A stretch of DNA of 63,518 bases, filler included, from Octopus bimaculoides (taxonomy: Eukaryota), in NCBI RefSeq assembly GCF_001194135.2. It is 7 parts of 6 records of this genome, joined end to end, with 100 filler letters (N's around TTAATTAATTAA, not from the genome) between each part and the next. Parts side by side here need not be neighbours in the genome. Positions count along the whole stretch, not along the records: positions 1 to 27,718 come from NC_068982.1; 6 more parts are not named here. One strand, 5' to 3'. The stretch's first letter is position 1, and every line of letters begins with the position of its first letter. Made by a program: the position numbers and the translations under genes. Under the pieces are notes generated by a model. The model was not told where the DNA came from and did no database searches. It worked only from the letters and a program-made list of their open reading frames with translations. Positions 1-14,023 of this stretch are shown piece by piece.

Positions 1-2
1 AT

Positions 3-630
3 TTAATTATACTTAGAGAAAGAGTATTTAGTAGCGTGAAGACAGATTAGGCTAGATTCGTATCTCCTGTTTAATAGGTCATTCTTAGCCGTTAGGATCT
101 CGAGGCGCTCAGTTAAACAGAGTTGATAGCGTCTGTTAGTTGGGTTATAGGAATTAGCTACTTTTAGTATGTGCCACTTTAGTTTATATTCTATCTTATT
201 GTCATTTAGTTTCCAGATATACCTACTAAGTCCTGTTGAATTTGCCTTATTTCTATTTTCAAAGCTGGATAGGTGCTCATTATATCTAACCTGTATTTGG
301 TTTTTCGTCCCACCAATCTAAGATCTAGTGTGGCTGTTTGTTTGTACGTCACATTGGTAAACTATATTTTCGGTCTTGCATCTATTGGAGAAATTACATT
401 TATTCCTATCTCTACAGCCACATAGGTTGTAAGGGGTGTCTATGTCTGTGTGTTGTTGTGTGGCCCTATTGTTTTTTTGGTGTGCGTCCCTACTAGTAAG
501 GGGTGTTGGATTAGGGTTGGAGTTAGTTCTATTAATTGGAGGGTTGTTGATTTGGTTGTTCGTGGTGTTTCTAGCTGTATAGAATGCGTCTAATTTCTTA
601 TTATTAATAAATGCTATTATGGTAGCTAAA
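3..630 (-). mobile_element. Penelope-like element (Naiad-type) 3' fragment: GIY-YIG endonuclease region, one nonsense codon
   Basis: Minus frame of ORF 318-653 continues past a single TAG (318-320) to TAA at 3-5: IIAFINNKKL...LCGCRDRNKCNFSNRCKTENIVYQCDV...S*IGGTKNQIQVRYNEHLSSF...STGLSRYIWKL...KWHIL...YQLCLTERLEI...LLNRRYE...CLH. This matches the CxC-x5-C-x5-C / IVY / YIG / CxLC / LN layout of PLE endonucleases. Confidence 0.85.
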
Positions 631-1509
631 TATATATATACACGTACATGCACATATATAATTTTTTTAAATTTTATTCATACTTTATAAATGAATATTT
701 CATTCTTTTATTACCAATAAATTTACCTTATTTATATTTAACTTTTCTCTATCATGTCTACTTACTTTATTTATTTTTCTTAATTTTATCTACCCATTCT
801 ACTTTATCTCTAATCAACCTGTAAACCCCTCTCCCGAGCATATAACAATACAAACCATAAATTGTAACATTCAGTCTGCTAAAATGAATTCATTAGCACA
901 TTTATAGCATTCAAATTTATATCTTTTACCTCTAATGATATTCTGCTCGTGTCACATAAATGTAAATGTAATGAATCACAGAATTTAATACGAGTGGGAT
1001 TAGTACTTGAAGAAAGGATAAATTGAAGGGGAGAGGGTGAGGAAATATTTTAGGTCGTGGGGGAGAAAGAAGGTGTGTATGAATAAAGTAAGTTAGGGTG
1101 AAGAATTTAAGCCCGGCTAGCTGGTTGTTAGTATTCAAAGGGTTTTTATGGCCAAAGGCAGTAACTAGAAGAGGAGTGGTAAAAAGAAAACTAAAAAAAA
1201 CGTATTTTTTATTTATTTTATTTATGCACTGACGGCAACAGCCACGGCACCGACACCAGCGCTACGACCGGAGATGACGACCACGTCAACACCAACAAAA
1301 CTACCGGTCCCACGCACAATATTAGCAGCGACGGCAGGCACACCACCATCAGCAACTGCAGTAGTTACATCAGCGCTACTGAGAGGGATGACTACTGCGA
1401 CGACAACAACTTCAACGATATCGCCAGTCCCAGACCGTAATAATAGCACCGATGACAGCTCCAGTAACAGCAGCGGCAACAATAACAACTCCAGGCCTCG
1501 GAGCCAATA

Positions 1510-2160
1510 GAAGATACACCAGAGGCGTGAACACGACAGCACTCAAGTTCGGAGATATATCGAGTCGACCGGAACTGCTTTTAAGTGGCACCTATACAGC
1601 CACAGATCCTCTTTTAGAATTCCGAAAAGACGGTGCATCACGTCCCTGGCCAGATGTGTTTGGCGCCTTAAGGATGAAGTAATCCCATACGAAATTAAAT
1701 GGAGGATCATAGAGCAGCGGGAGTTCTACATAAACGGGAGCGGACGATGCAAGCTTTGCATAGCAAAATAAACAAGGATCGTTAAAGATTCCCTAGACCT
1801 AGATTCTCTGTTAAATTCTACATATTAAATCTATATTCCCTGCCCCCATTTCAAATGTGATTTCTCATTCGTTGATTAGAGCCTGAAAAAGTCCTCGCAG
1901 ACTGGAAAAAGCCTAAGGGCGGAGAATCCTTGCTCGCCCTTTAAGTTCATAACATTTGCCAACTAAGAAAGAAAACTCGTCTTGGCTAAACTTCAAACGG
2001 TATTGATTACAATTTAACTAACCGAAACGGATTTCTACCTCCGGTTTCAAGAGAGGATATATGCCCTTCTCCATTAGAATCTGACGAGTCGTCCATAAAG
2101 CTAAGCGCTTTATGGATGTCAAACCATTGGTCATTCTATGACCGGACATATATTTAACTG
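1510..2160 (+). mobile_element. Penelope-like element 3' end: GIY-YIG remnant plus pseudo-LTR
   Basis: Translation VRRYIESTGTAFKWHLYSHRSSF...TSLARCVWRLKDEVIPYEIKWRII...GSGRCKLCIAK* (about 1545-1770), followed by a 3' region that contains a hammerhead ribozyme. Confidence 0.8.
2075..2138 (+). ncRNA. Type I hammerhead ribozyme (degenerate) in PLE pseudo-LTR
   Basis: Stem I TAGAAT(2075-80)/ATTCTA(2133-38); core CTGACGA (2081-87); stem II GTCCATAAAGC/GCTTTATGGAT; (G)AAAC; stem III ACC/GGT; GTC cleavage triplet at 2130-32. G12 of GAAA is missing. Confidence 0.75.
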
Positions 2161-2397
2161 CATGTAATTACGTGTGTGTGTGTTAATATTTAGCAGAAGT
2201 AACTAAGTGACACAAGGTTCGAGAAGTTTGTGCTTTAGCACTTATCAATGTGATAAGTGCCAACTCACGAAACTCTCGGACCTTAGGTCACATTATTGCT
2301 TCTGCTAAATATTAATAAAGATATACATATACACATATTTTGAGTTCTATTTTTCCTGTTTGCATCAACATACCTATACCTCTCTCTCTCTCTCTCG

Positions 2398-2439
<42 letters not shown>

Positions 2440-2750
2440 NNNNNNNNNNNNNNNNNNNNNNNNNNNNNNNNNNNNNNNNNNNNNNNNNNNNNNNNNNNNN
2501 NNNNNNNNNNNNNNNNNNNNNNNNNNNNNNNNNNNNNNNNNNNNNNNNNNNNNNNNNNNNNNNNNNNNNNNNNNNNNNNNNNNNNNNNNNNNNNNNNNNN
2601 NNNNNNNNNNNNNNNNNNNNNNNNNNNNNNNNNNNNNNNNNNNNNNNNNNNNNNNNNNNNNNNNNNNNNNNNNNNNNNNNNNNNNNNNNNNNNNNNNNNN
2701 NNNNNNNNNNNNNNNNNNNNNNNNNNNNNNNNNNNNNNNNNNNNNNNNTG

Positions 2751-2786
<36 letters not shown>

Positions 2787-3464
2787 CGAAACGCCTAGTT
2801 TAGAATAGAGGCAGCTGATGAAGGAAAAGTTCTATAAGTAGCTCGTCTGTTTTCCTATGTGTTCATTCTTTTGTCCGCAAAAAAAAATCGGTTTTTTGTG
2901 CTTTACTTATGTTCCCGTTCCTTTTTTGACGTCCTGTACCCGGATATGCATCTATATATACATGTAGATGTAGGTATGTATACATGCATATGCTCATATA
3001 TCATTTCTATTATTATATATATATATATATATATACATACATGTACATATATATGATGGTTGTCTACTCCTTATGTAGAGTCTGACCACCTATTGTACCT
3101 ACATCTTAGATCCATCATGGCGTCTGATGTGGCTTTTTTGTAGGGTGGGGGGTTACTCAATTACATTAACCCCAGTGCTTAACTGGTACTCATTTTATTG
3201 ACCCTGAAAAGATGAAAATCAAAATCAACCTCTTCAAAATTTGAATTCTGAGTTTCAAGAGGCAGAAGAAATGACACTAAACAAATAATAATGATATTCA
3301 TGATAATGACAGGAAAATGATTTTCATGATGGTGAATTTTTCATTAGTACGAGTTAACAAGGTTTTATTCGAAAGGTGTAGTTCAATTAATCACTCTTAT
3401 TATACATTTTGTATTTTATCACTTCAGATATATATGTTCTTGATATCACAATTATGACACTACC

Positions 3465-4540
3465 ACATTTGTTCAATAAGACCACATTTCTTCGATATGA
3501 CCACCTCTGTTTTGAATCACAGCCTTAAATCTAGGGGTGCAAATACTTCATATATGGCACGAAGATGTTCTTGCAGAATCGAAGCCCATTCCTGGCGCAA
3601 TTTTGCCTTCAGAGCATCAAGCGAAGCATAAGGAGTGCCTGAGACCCTCGTCTCCAAAATAGACCAAACAGAAAAATCCAATGAGTTGAGATTGGGGTCA
3701 TACATCCTTACCAAATAACGACGGCTATACATCCTTGCCAATGAATGACGGAGTATTTTCTGAATCCAGTGGTGTGTCTGTTTGGAACTGTGGGATGGTG
3801 CCGAGTCCTGTTGGAGGCTCCAAGTTGCACCTTGAAAGTACTTATTCGCCAATGGAAGCAGTTCAGCTTCCACAATGTCGCTACTGTATCAATGAGTGTT
3901 AATTTTAACACATGAGGGCACAAAAATGAGGGGAGACCTTTCAGTGGCTGTCACAGCCACCCAAACCATAATTGATTGAGGATTTTGATGTCGATTTACG
4001 AGTCTACCCTCAATGGAACCAGAGACACTCCAAAGTCAGTCCTTTTTGTGTTTTACAATCTGTTCGATATCAAATTTCATCAGTGAACACTAGGTTGGGC
4101 AGCTTGCCTTCAGAAATCTCCAATCTCATGGCCTTATAAACCTGCGTGTGCTCATGATGGCGGATCATCTTATAGAAGCGGTTCCTGAGATCCTTCTTCA
4201 GCACTCGATACATTGACATTCGGTTTCTTTTTGCTGTGGCAGCCAATTTTTCTGATGGAATGACGAGGATTTCACCGTATCTTTTCTCTATTATTTTTGA
4301 TAAGCTGAAGGGGTCCGCACACTTCTTTTTCAGCCTTGAAATTTCTTAACAATTTTCCAGACTGCTGTTCGGTATATAGTCAATGTCATAATACTCATAT
4401 ATCAACATCACTGACAGTTACCATGTATTGTGCTATCAATATCAAGTTAAAATACAACGTTAGGACATTAGATGCAGTAGTTCATAGAGTATCAAAGTCT
4501 TTTACACTTTTCACAGCAACCAAACTTATTGAACATACAA
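3465..4540 (-). mobile_element. Decayed IS630-Tc1-mariner transposon, maT/DD37D-like; ends approximate
   Basis: Minus-strand motifs LPNLVFTDE..DIEQ, WSLQQDSAPSH and PNLNSLDFSVWSILE, with frameshifts. Partial inverted match TTGTTCAATAAG / CTTATTGAACA near the ends. Confidence 0.8.
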
Positions 4541-4620
4541 ATTTAGATTTTTGCAAATAAGAACTGCCATGAATCTTTCATTTGAGTATATCTACTTTTG
4601 TTTCTTCTCTTACTTTTCAG

Positions 4621-4830
4621 ATATCGCCAAGACTCTCTATTCAGATAGACATTACACACTGAGTTATTTCTGTTTTGAGGAATATAACCGATCCTGTTCC
4701 AGGAACCGGACTGAAGTTCGTTTGGATAGTAGACAGAGGGAAATTGATCCAAATTTCAAGAGAACACTGTTTCAGCTTCTACAAAAAGTCTGTTTAACAG
4801 CAGATAGCATGAAAAACATTGAATATAAAA
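4621..4830 (+). CDS. Lipocalin gene exon: domain 1 C-terminal half (phase 1 to 1)
   Basis: Acceptor tacttttcag, donor gtatgt. IAKTLYSDRHYTLSYFC...SC...VRLDSRQ...KVCL aligns with the other two C-terminal exons. Confidence 0.75.
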
Positions 4831-7800
4831 GTATGTTTGATTTTTGTCTATTATTGTTATGTTGTTGTTATTGCTGATAGGATGAGAGTTGACCTCGGGT
4901 AAGTCAATCATTCATTATTTCTTTATACAAAAGGACATGTAAGGTGTAACTTAAATAATAATAACGCCATTGGCAAAAAATAATGTTAGAACATTACATC
5001 AAAGTATTTTCATACATTCTTTTATGTTCTGACTTCAAATGCTACCAGAAGTGACTTTGCCTTTCATATACTTAAGGGCTGATAAAATAAATAGCTGTAA
5101 TATGTTATTATCAACTTGATTATATTTCTCCTCTAAAGATTTTGATCTATTATTCAACTAAAATACCAGCATTATTACTCCTGCTGGTAGACATTCCTTC
5201 ACCAGTGTAGTTCTCTTGAGAGTATCTGATTTCACCACTGAAAGCAAACAAAGTCCCTGCAATTTAGACAGTTCCTAATCTCATACAAAGATAATCTGCA
5301 CTTCATCAAACTATTTATTTATAGATATGTTGATTTCACTATTCAAGAGTTAAATCTCTTTACCTGAAACACTGTATATCATAAGTGATGAGATGTGAAC
5401 TATGCTCCCTTCTAGAACAAACCTAGCAATTTCATGACACTATCAACTTCTATTCACTTCCAAAAATTATTGAAATTAAGTATTTTTTAGTTATTGCCTA
5501 TAAGCTTCATACAAACATAAGTTTCTGTTTCTTAAGTGATAATGCTATGCTTTTGGTATAACTGGTAATTGTCTTAGTATTATAATTGGTTGTCGTACTG
5601 ATATATTAAGTGCTGATGGTGTCGGTATAGGTATAATTGCTTGTGTTACAGGCATAGCTAGTGATGCTGTTGGTATAACTGGTGGTGGTGTACAGAGAGT
5701 TGGTACACTAGCTAGTAATATCAGTCACATATTTGCTGATAATTGATGGTATAGTTAGTAATGGTACTTGCATAACTGGTAGTGGTCCTGGTGTAGCAAT
5801 ACTGGTGTAAACACTGGTAATGGTGTTGGTATAGTAACTGGTAATTGTATTGGTATAATAACTGATAGTGGTGTTGGTGTAGCTGTCAGTGGTTTTGGAC
5901 TAATAATTTGTAGGGATTTTGGTAAAATAACTGGTAATTGTATTTTCATAATAGCTGGTAGTATTGTTGGAATAATTACAGGTAATGGGCTAAAGTACAT
6001 ATGTATGTATCCGTGCATACAGACATGTACACACATATAATATATGTAAGTGTATTTTTTTCATTTAAAACTTGTTTCATCCTTTTATTCCAGTCAATTG
6101 CTCTTCAAATTTAAATGAAGTTGTCAACAAAGAACAAGGTAAGTAGAGCATTACATTTTATCTTTAATTCTTTAGCTATGTTTCGATGTTTCATTCTAAA
6201 TATTTCATAATGGTAACTTGGAAGAATGTGGAAATATGTGGAAATATAGAGTTGTAGGGGAAGAAATATGTGGAAGTAAATGGAAGAGAGTAAAAATAAC
6301 ATGGAAGTACCTGAAAGTATGTGAAAGCACTTGAAAGTAAAAGGAAGTGTGAGGAAAAGTGGGTAGCAGTTTTTATGTAATGTTTCATTTTTATCACTTT
6401 TTGAGCCTAACAACAAAACACAAACAAAATCATTGCACGCATCTGACTAGAGAAAGCAGCCAAACTTTTATATAACACACCTTTGTATAAAAAATAAGAA
6501 AAGTATAATCCTAGATACCCATGAAATATGTGATACACATGACTGATTGTGATATTTAAACAAAAAAGACTCTTGGTTTACTTGAAAATAAAATTATTTA
6601 AATTGTATTTTACAAAAGTGCAATTTAAGAACCCTGTCAATGGTGTCTGTCAAATGGAAAATATGCCAATAGCGGACTACAATCATGGAAAAACACAGGT
6701 TAGTTTGTTTATATATCAATAATTTTATCCTTGTAACATCTCATAAAGTATAATAATTATTTAATTTCATAGAAGAAAATACAATTAACCTCGTTCTAAA
6801 ATAATCTTTAGGAATTGTTACACTACAGTAAAGCTGAATAAGAGTCAACTGAGTCAAAATTCTGATCCTTAACTTGTATAAGATTATGACACTCACCACC
6901 TACTTACAACCAGGGTATCTGTATGTGGTAGGTGAACTTGCTAGAAATAGTACCCAGAATTCTTTTCTTTTCTAATAACATCCTACTGTTTTGAAAAATA
7001 AATACATATTGGACAAAATACTCCTAGATATACAAAAAATACTGCATGGTAACATATGGAATGCATTTTTTTTTTTCTACTTGTTGAGTCTGGTGGAACA
7101 GGCTTTGTGAACCTCTTGAAATCAGGGAGATTGATGCCATTGCTTAAACTGATTCAAGTTGACACCTGTAGAAAAGTCTTGAAGAAAGAGATGGTTTTAG
7201 AGGGACAATATTTTGGGGAGGAAAGACCGGGAGTAGTGAGCAGTGCATAGCCTGAAGACCAGACACAACAGTGATGAAGAGAGGATAAGAGATGTGTGAG
7301 TTGGTAGTACTTGAGTGCAGGTTTCACGATACTCACAAGTTTTGATGTGTTGAAGCCATGGAAATAAGAGAAGAGTTTTGAGCATATCTGCAAATGGCTA
7401 TGTGCAAATTAGTCAAGTAACTTTTCTCTAAATGTTGTCTCGGATTTTTCTCTGTACAGAAGCAGTATCTTAGCACAATCAAGGATGACTCACTTAATCA
7501 CAACTCCAAAGTTAAAACTAAATGTACTTTCCTTCAACGGTGTCAAAAAGAAAGAAGCTTATAAATATTACTACAAGTTGTTTAATGCAGAGAAGGCTTT
7601 GAAAGAGAGAGACTACTCCCAGGTAGACTCAACAGAGGGACTAGCAATTAAAACAGACAGTCATATGGTTGAAAGCATTAACTGGATTATAAGGGATAGT
7701 TGTTGAAATGATGAAAATTGCTGACAACATAAGACATGCACTAGTCACTTGCATTTGTCAGTCAGATAAGACAAGGAGATATTACATTCAATGAATGGTA

Positions 7801-7962
7801 TAACAGAGCAGAAGAGATTTAGAAATGTAGAAGAAAACTTTTTTCAAAATCTTACCTGTAGAAACTGGTGATTTTCCTTGAAAATTCTCAAACTGAATAC
7901 CTGCTGTAATAGTTGTTATAATAATGATTGTTGTTGTTGTTGATAATAATAATAATAATGAT

Positions 7963-7994
<32 letters not shown>

Positions 7995-10900
7995 GGAATA
8001 TAAGAGACACCATGACAATATAGCCAGGCTTGTCCATTGGACACTTTGCAACAAGTATGGACTTGACAGAGCAAAACATTGGTATAACCACAAACCTGAA
8101 GGCATCATCGAAAATAGAAATGCAAAGATCCTATGGGATTTTATGATTCAGTGCAACCATGAGATTGAGAATAGGAAGCCAAACATAGTCTTAATTGAGA
8201 AAGAAAACAAACTATGCTAGATCATTGATATAGCATGCCCAGCTGACAACAAGGTATGCGATAAGGAAGAAAGAAAAGTTGAGAGATATGACAGGTTAGC
8301 TTGGGAAGTTAAGCAGTTGTGGTCAATGAAAAAGGTAGCAGTAGTACCAATAATTGTCGGAGCCCTGGGTACAGTGAGCAAAAAATCTCAAGAAGTATGT
8401 GGAACAAATAGGGGCTGCAATAAGGGTGGAGCACTTGCAGAAAACAGCACTGCTTGAAACTGCACGAATACTCCAGAAGGTGCTCGAACAATAAGATGCG
8501 TTACCTTAGTTCACTGGTAGTGAACAGTTAACACTGTAGTACATCTCCAGCGTTAGAAGCTGTGCAAAGGCAATAATAATAATAATAATAATTCCAAATT
8601 TTGACACAAGACTAGCAAATTTTGGGGAGGAGCTAAGTCAGTTATATCGATCCCCAGTGCTCATCTGGTACTTATTTTACCAACCCTGAAAGAATGAAAG
8701 GCAAAGTCGACCTCAGCAGAATTTAAACTTAGAACATAAAGAAGAAGGGGCTAAACATAAAGGGGACAAACAAGGACAGACAAAAGGATTAAGTTGATTA
8801 CATCGACCCCAGTGCGTAACTGGTACTTCATTTATCGACCCCGAAAGGATGAAAGGCAAAGGCGACCTCGGCGGAATTTGAACTCAGAACGCAATGGCAG
8901 ACAAAATACCGCTAACGATTCTGCCAGCTCGTCGCCTTAGTTATAATACTAATAATAATCTGGCTGATGAATGGAAACCTGAAACAAGAGGTAAAGTGCT
9001 GAATATAGCTGCTCAGGAACAGACCATCTGGACAAATCTAACAAAGGCAAAGAGCAACAAAACTCAGTCAGACACCAAATACAAAAACTGCAGAAAAAGA
9101 GCCAAAAGCAGCTCTTGAGTGGATTCTGTAAGTTAGGGCAAAAAAGCAAAAGTGTAGGTAAATGAAGTGCATTGGGATGTTAGCTGAGTGAGTGGTTTCA
9201 AAATATCAGGAAAGTGGTATGAACAAAAACTGTGACAAAGAATGAGGATTACAGGATCTTATAGGGCCTCTCCATAAAGTCTGACCATACCATGAAAGCA
9301 AGAATATCAGATATAATTATAGAGGACAAAATAGATAAACAGTGTAAAATCAGAGATTTTGCAATTCCCTATGATAATAGAGTGGGTACCAAAGAAATTG
9401 AAAAAATTGAGAAATATCAGGATCTATATCCAAAGAACTGAAAAGACTGTAGAAGTCTAAGAAACAATTATTCCTATGGTAATTGGTGCACTTGGCACAA
9501 CACCCAAAGTGCTACCTAAAAAGACTGAAAGAGATTGAAATTAAAACACATTTTGTCAACCTACAGAAAAGTACCATCCTATATTCTGCAAATATCCTAA
9601 TAAAGATTCTAGAGATTTGAGGAGACTTGTTGTTACCAAACCTCAAGATAACATTGGTGCATGTAAAGCTTGATAATAATAATAATCTTAACTATCATTT
9701 TTCTCTTCTAAATCTGTCATCTAGTTGGATGGTATTTGGTATGTCATTGCTGCTTTGAACAGTATTCCCGGATCTGTTGTGAACATCACCACACTACCTG
9801 ACACTTTGATCATTGACCGGTGCACACCAAAGTAACAACCTTTTTATCATTTATCTGTTGTCATTATATATTCATGCTAACTGCTTTGTTTTCTCATCTA
9901 TCCCATACGTTGCTATGGTAACTTGTAAATTGTCCAGATGTCATCATAACAGTCTGTGTACATCCAGGCAACCACAAAAATTATCCTTGTGGACACATTT
10001 AAAAGATTGCACTTCTTATGTACTACACAGCTTACACAACTGCACAAAAGAGACTACTGTGAATGCAGTCATTAAAACCACCTGCACTAATGCATTATGT
10101 ATGCAATATAAATTTGCACTACACCAAAATATATGCATGCATTGTGCACAATATTGGATTACACGTCACATTTGCACACTACATCATTTTGACACCAACA
10201 TCTCTTTACATGCACATTAATACCAATGCACATTAACACCACAGCACTGCTAATAATACTGCACACTAACACCATTGTAGAATAAACAGCACTACAATAC
10301 TAATACTATTGCACACTAATACTATTACAACTACTACACTACAATATAAACACCCTTGCATCAATAATACTATGGTTGCTACAAAGGTATTGATACCACT
10401 TCAGACCGACACTTTTAACTAGAAACACTTCTGTATTAATAACACCATCAATTATACCACTGCATACTATCTAAATTGCACCACTAATAACACTACAGTT
10501 CTAACATTTCTAACATCTTTAACTACACTGCAACTCTAACACTGCTACACACAAACAATATTGGAATGTTCAACATCGCAATATAAGACTTTAAGACCTA
10601 CAACAATAACATAATGTCACTGCATCATATATACATTATAAGCTTACAGTTGCACTAGAGTAAAAAATGTATTCTTCTTCAATACCACTATATCATAGAT
10701 ACAACCCACAAATTTCACCCTTGCTCTCTTCTTCTGTCTCTTTTTACTGTCCATCTTATTTGATGCACTATAATCTAGCAACATAACTACTAAAATATAA
10801 ACACTTACTCATTCACAATGCATGATCAGCAAATGAACNNNNNNNNNNNNNNNNNNNNNNNNNNNNNNNNNNNNNNNNNNNNNNNNNNNNNNNNNNNNNA

Positions 10901-13900
10901 CTACTAAAATATAAACACTTACTCATTCACAATGCATGATCAGCAAATGAACACCATTGTAGAATAAAATAAAGTGAAGAATTTCCAAATCAAAATAATT
11001 CAGAAGTTCACTATCTGTTTTCAATTTACCTAGCAGTAAGTGTTATGAATAGGAGAAAAGTAGTCTCTATCTGGTCCAAGCTGAAATTGAACTTGCTGCT
11101 GTAAGTTAATAAATCTTTATTGATGTTGTTTGAAGCAATAAGTTGTTAATATACTGTAGTACTTAGTGCATAATTAAGTGCACTTGAGAGTTAAGTGTCT
11201 TAGCCATAGATGCAATGAGATACTGAGGACAAGTTATAAACTATACATCTTTCTCTATGACTGTCCACTGCACTGATATGTATAACTTATACAATGAAGA
11301 ACATAGAAGGATAAATAGACAAATACAAATGTACAATAATACTTCACAATAACTAGTCAACAATGTAAATTAGGATCCACTGAAAGACAGTCTGTAATCC
11401 AACCATTTCATTCATGAGCTCAGTACTTAAATGTATTTCATTCTACATCAGGAACAATACTTGTCAATGGAAATCGAGAAGCAGCTATACCCAAATCTGT
11501 CCAGGAAAGGCAAAATTCATGGAAACATACCTGAACTTTCCAGGAACAAATTTCAGTACAATATGTAAGTCCTTACCTGAATTATTGTGAAATATATGAA
11601 GCTTCATAAAAAAATAAGTGGTATGTGAGTTTCTGAAATTTCTAAGTAATGTATTGATTAACTGAATGTTCTGACACTCTACATCTACATAAATGCCTAC
11701 TTGTTCAGTCAACATTTACAGTGTGTCTGTCAATCTCCTAAACATCTACACACTATATCTCTCTACTCAAATCCTACTCACTATGTCCTTCTATATGGTC
11801 AATATCTACACATTGTCTCTATCTATACAGTCAACATCAACATATTGTGTCAATTTATGCAGTCATCATCTATTGTGTCAATATTTGCACATGGTAGCTC
11901 TCTATCAAATCAACATCTACACATTGTATTAATGTATCCACTCAACATCTACATGCCATATCTATCCACTCAATATCTGCATCATGAAACTATTCAATGT
12001 GTATATACATGTGTGTCTATGTGCATACATACACATGCAGCCATGCCAGTGTGGAAAGTGGATGTAAAAAAATGATGATGATGATAATGATGGTGAGAAG
12101 GAGGAGATTCTAGTGCTGATGGGGGTAGTGAGAGTGGTAATGGTAGTGGAGGAGGGGGGAAGAAGAGTATGTCAAGTAACAGAACAAGCAAGTTACAAAT
12201 ATCAGTTAGGAACATGCTATATAACTGATTATTCTTTTATACTCTTTTACTCGTTTCAGCCATGCGTTTGCAGTCATTCTGGAGCACCACCATTATTATG
12301 TAGAGTTAAATCTAATATATTTTTCAATTACATTAAATCGAAATCGAAATTGAACTAAATTCAATGACTGGCCCCCATGCCAACGTCTCCTTCATTGGAC
12401 ACTAAACTCGGCTTGCGAAGACCTGTTGGGGCAAGCGAAAGTGAAATCGTGATGGCACCTGTACCAGTGGAGCACTAAGAGCACCATTCGAGCATGATCA
12501 TTGCCAGAGCAGCTGTCCGGCTTCTGTACCGGTGGCACATAAATAGCATCATTTGAGCGTGATCATTACCAGCATTGCCTTCCTGGCACTTGTGCTGGTG
12601 GCACGTGAAAAAACATTCAAGTGAGATCATTGCCAGTGCTGCTGGACTGGCTCCTGTGCAGGTGGCACGTAAAATACACCATTTTGTGCGTGGCCATTGC
12701 CAGTACTGCCTGACTGGCCTTCGTGCCGGTGGCATGTAAAAGCACCCACTACACTCTCAGAGTGGTTGGCATTAGGAAGGGCATCCAGCTGTAGAAACTC
12801 TGCCAAATCAGATTGGAGCCTGGTGTAGCCATCTGGTTCACCAGTCCTCAGTCAAATCGTCTAACCCATGCTAGCATGGAAAGTGGACGTTAAGTGATGA
12901 TGATGATTAACCTTCAAACCAAGCATTTTCAAACACATAGTAAGAATAAATAAAGTTAACAAAAAAGAAACCCGCATGCACACATGCGTGCGCACATGTG
13001 TGTGTGTGTGAGCTCATCAACAACATCATCATCATCATCAATGTCTTCATTGTCATTTTATGTCCACTTTCCATAATGTCATGGATTGAATGGTTTGTCA
13101 CAGTCCAAATCAATTCTTATTTAGAGTCACTGCCCTCTTATATTTCTCATTCATGTTTTAATTAGCATGGTCTTTATGGCCAAATGCACTTTCTAATAAT
13201 AACCACTTCACAGAGTGTACAAGGTGAAAACAATATGCCACCAACTGGAGAGGTTGTCTTGTCCTTAATAGAACAGAACTAATGAGTCCTCTCACGCTTA
13301 CATTATCTCCACTCATTCATCAACCACTTTACAGAGTGTACTGAGTGCATTTCCTCATGGCACCAGCAATATTGAGATTACCTTCTACTCTGCAAGACAA
13401 AACAGATCCTTACTACTGTGTGTTGTCTTCACTGGATCGAGGTAACAGGGATGAATAGCAGAAGGAAAGTGAGAGAGGGGCTGATTGTAGAAGGTGAACC
13501 AAGGTGGAAAAAAGATTGAAACAAGACAATGGTTGGGGAGACAGTTAGTTGGGCTGACATCATATAAGTAGATGGAAATGGAAGAGAGTACTAACCCTCT
13601 AGTGATGAAAGAAAGGAAGTTATGGCAAGGAGTCTCTAATACCAGGATATAAAGAAAGAGATGGTAGTTGCAGAAAACAGAAGAGAGCAAATGATGAATA
13701 GTTGAAGAAATGGGTGTATGAGTGGGACTAACAGTACAGAATGGTGATGTTAGCTAGCAAGAGAGAGAATGTGACTGATGAATAATAAACAGGTGATCCG
13801 AGCTCTGCAGGCAGAGCTGGTAGATAATTAGGACTGCTTTTATGAGGCCCTTCTGTACTCTCCATCAACAATGATTGATAACAATTTCATTATTATGGTT

Positions 13901-13984
13901 GGTGATTTTAATGGAGTATTAGTCAACACAGTAAAGTTTCTGCAGTATTCATGGAGGTTATGGCTACATGATGAGAAATGACAT

Positions 13985-14023
<39 letters not shown>

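Noticed and set aside
2785-2845. Hammerhead-like motifs CGAAAC and CTGATGAAGG
   Set aside because: The order and single intervening hairpin leave no stem I or NUH site, so no complete ribozyme can be drawn; probably a PLE remnant.
5755-6036. Pro/Thr/Ile-rich ORF resembling a mucin
   Set aside because: Arises from a degenerate satellite antisense to the lipocalin intron, with no splice support.
7485-7706. 73-aa ORF as a candidate host exon
   Set aside because: It does not fit the lipocalin cassette and lies between LINE fragments; probably transposon debris, unidentified.
10786-10952. Direct repeats flanking a short N gap (also 61128-61236 and about 59490-59610)
   Set aside because: Identical sequence on both sides of a gap indicates unmerged contig overlap.
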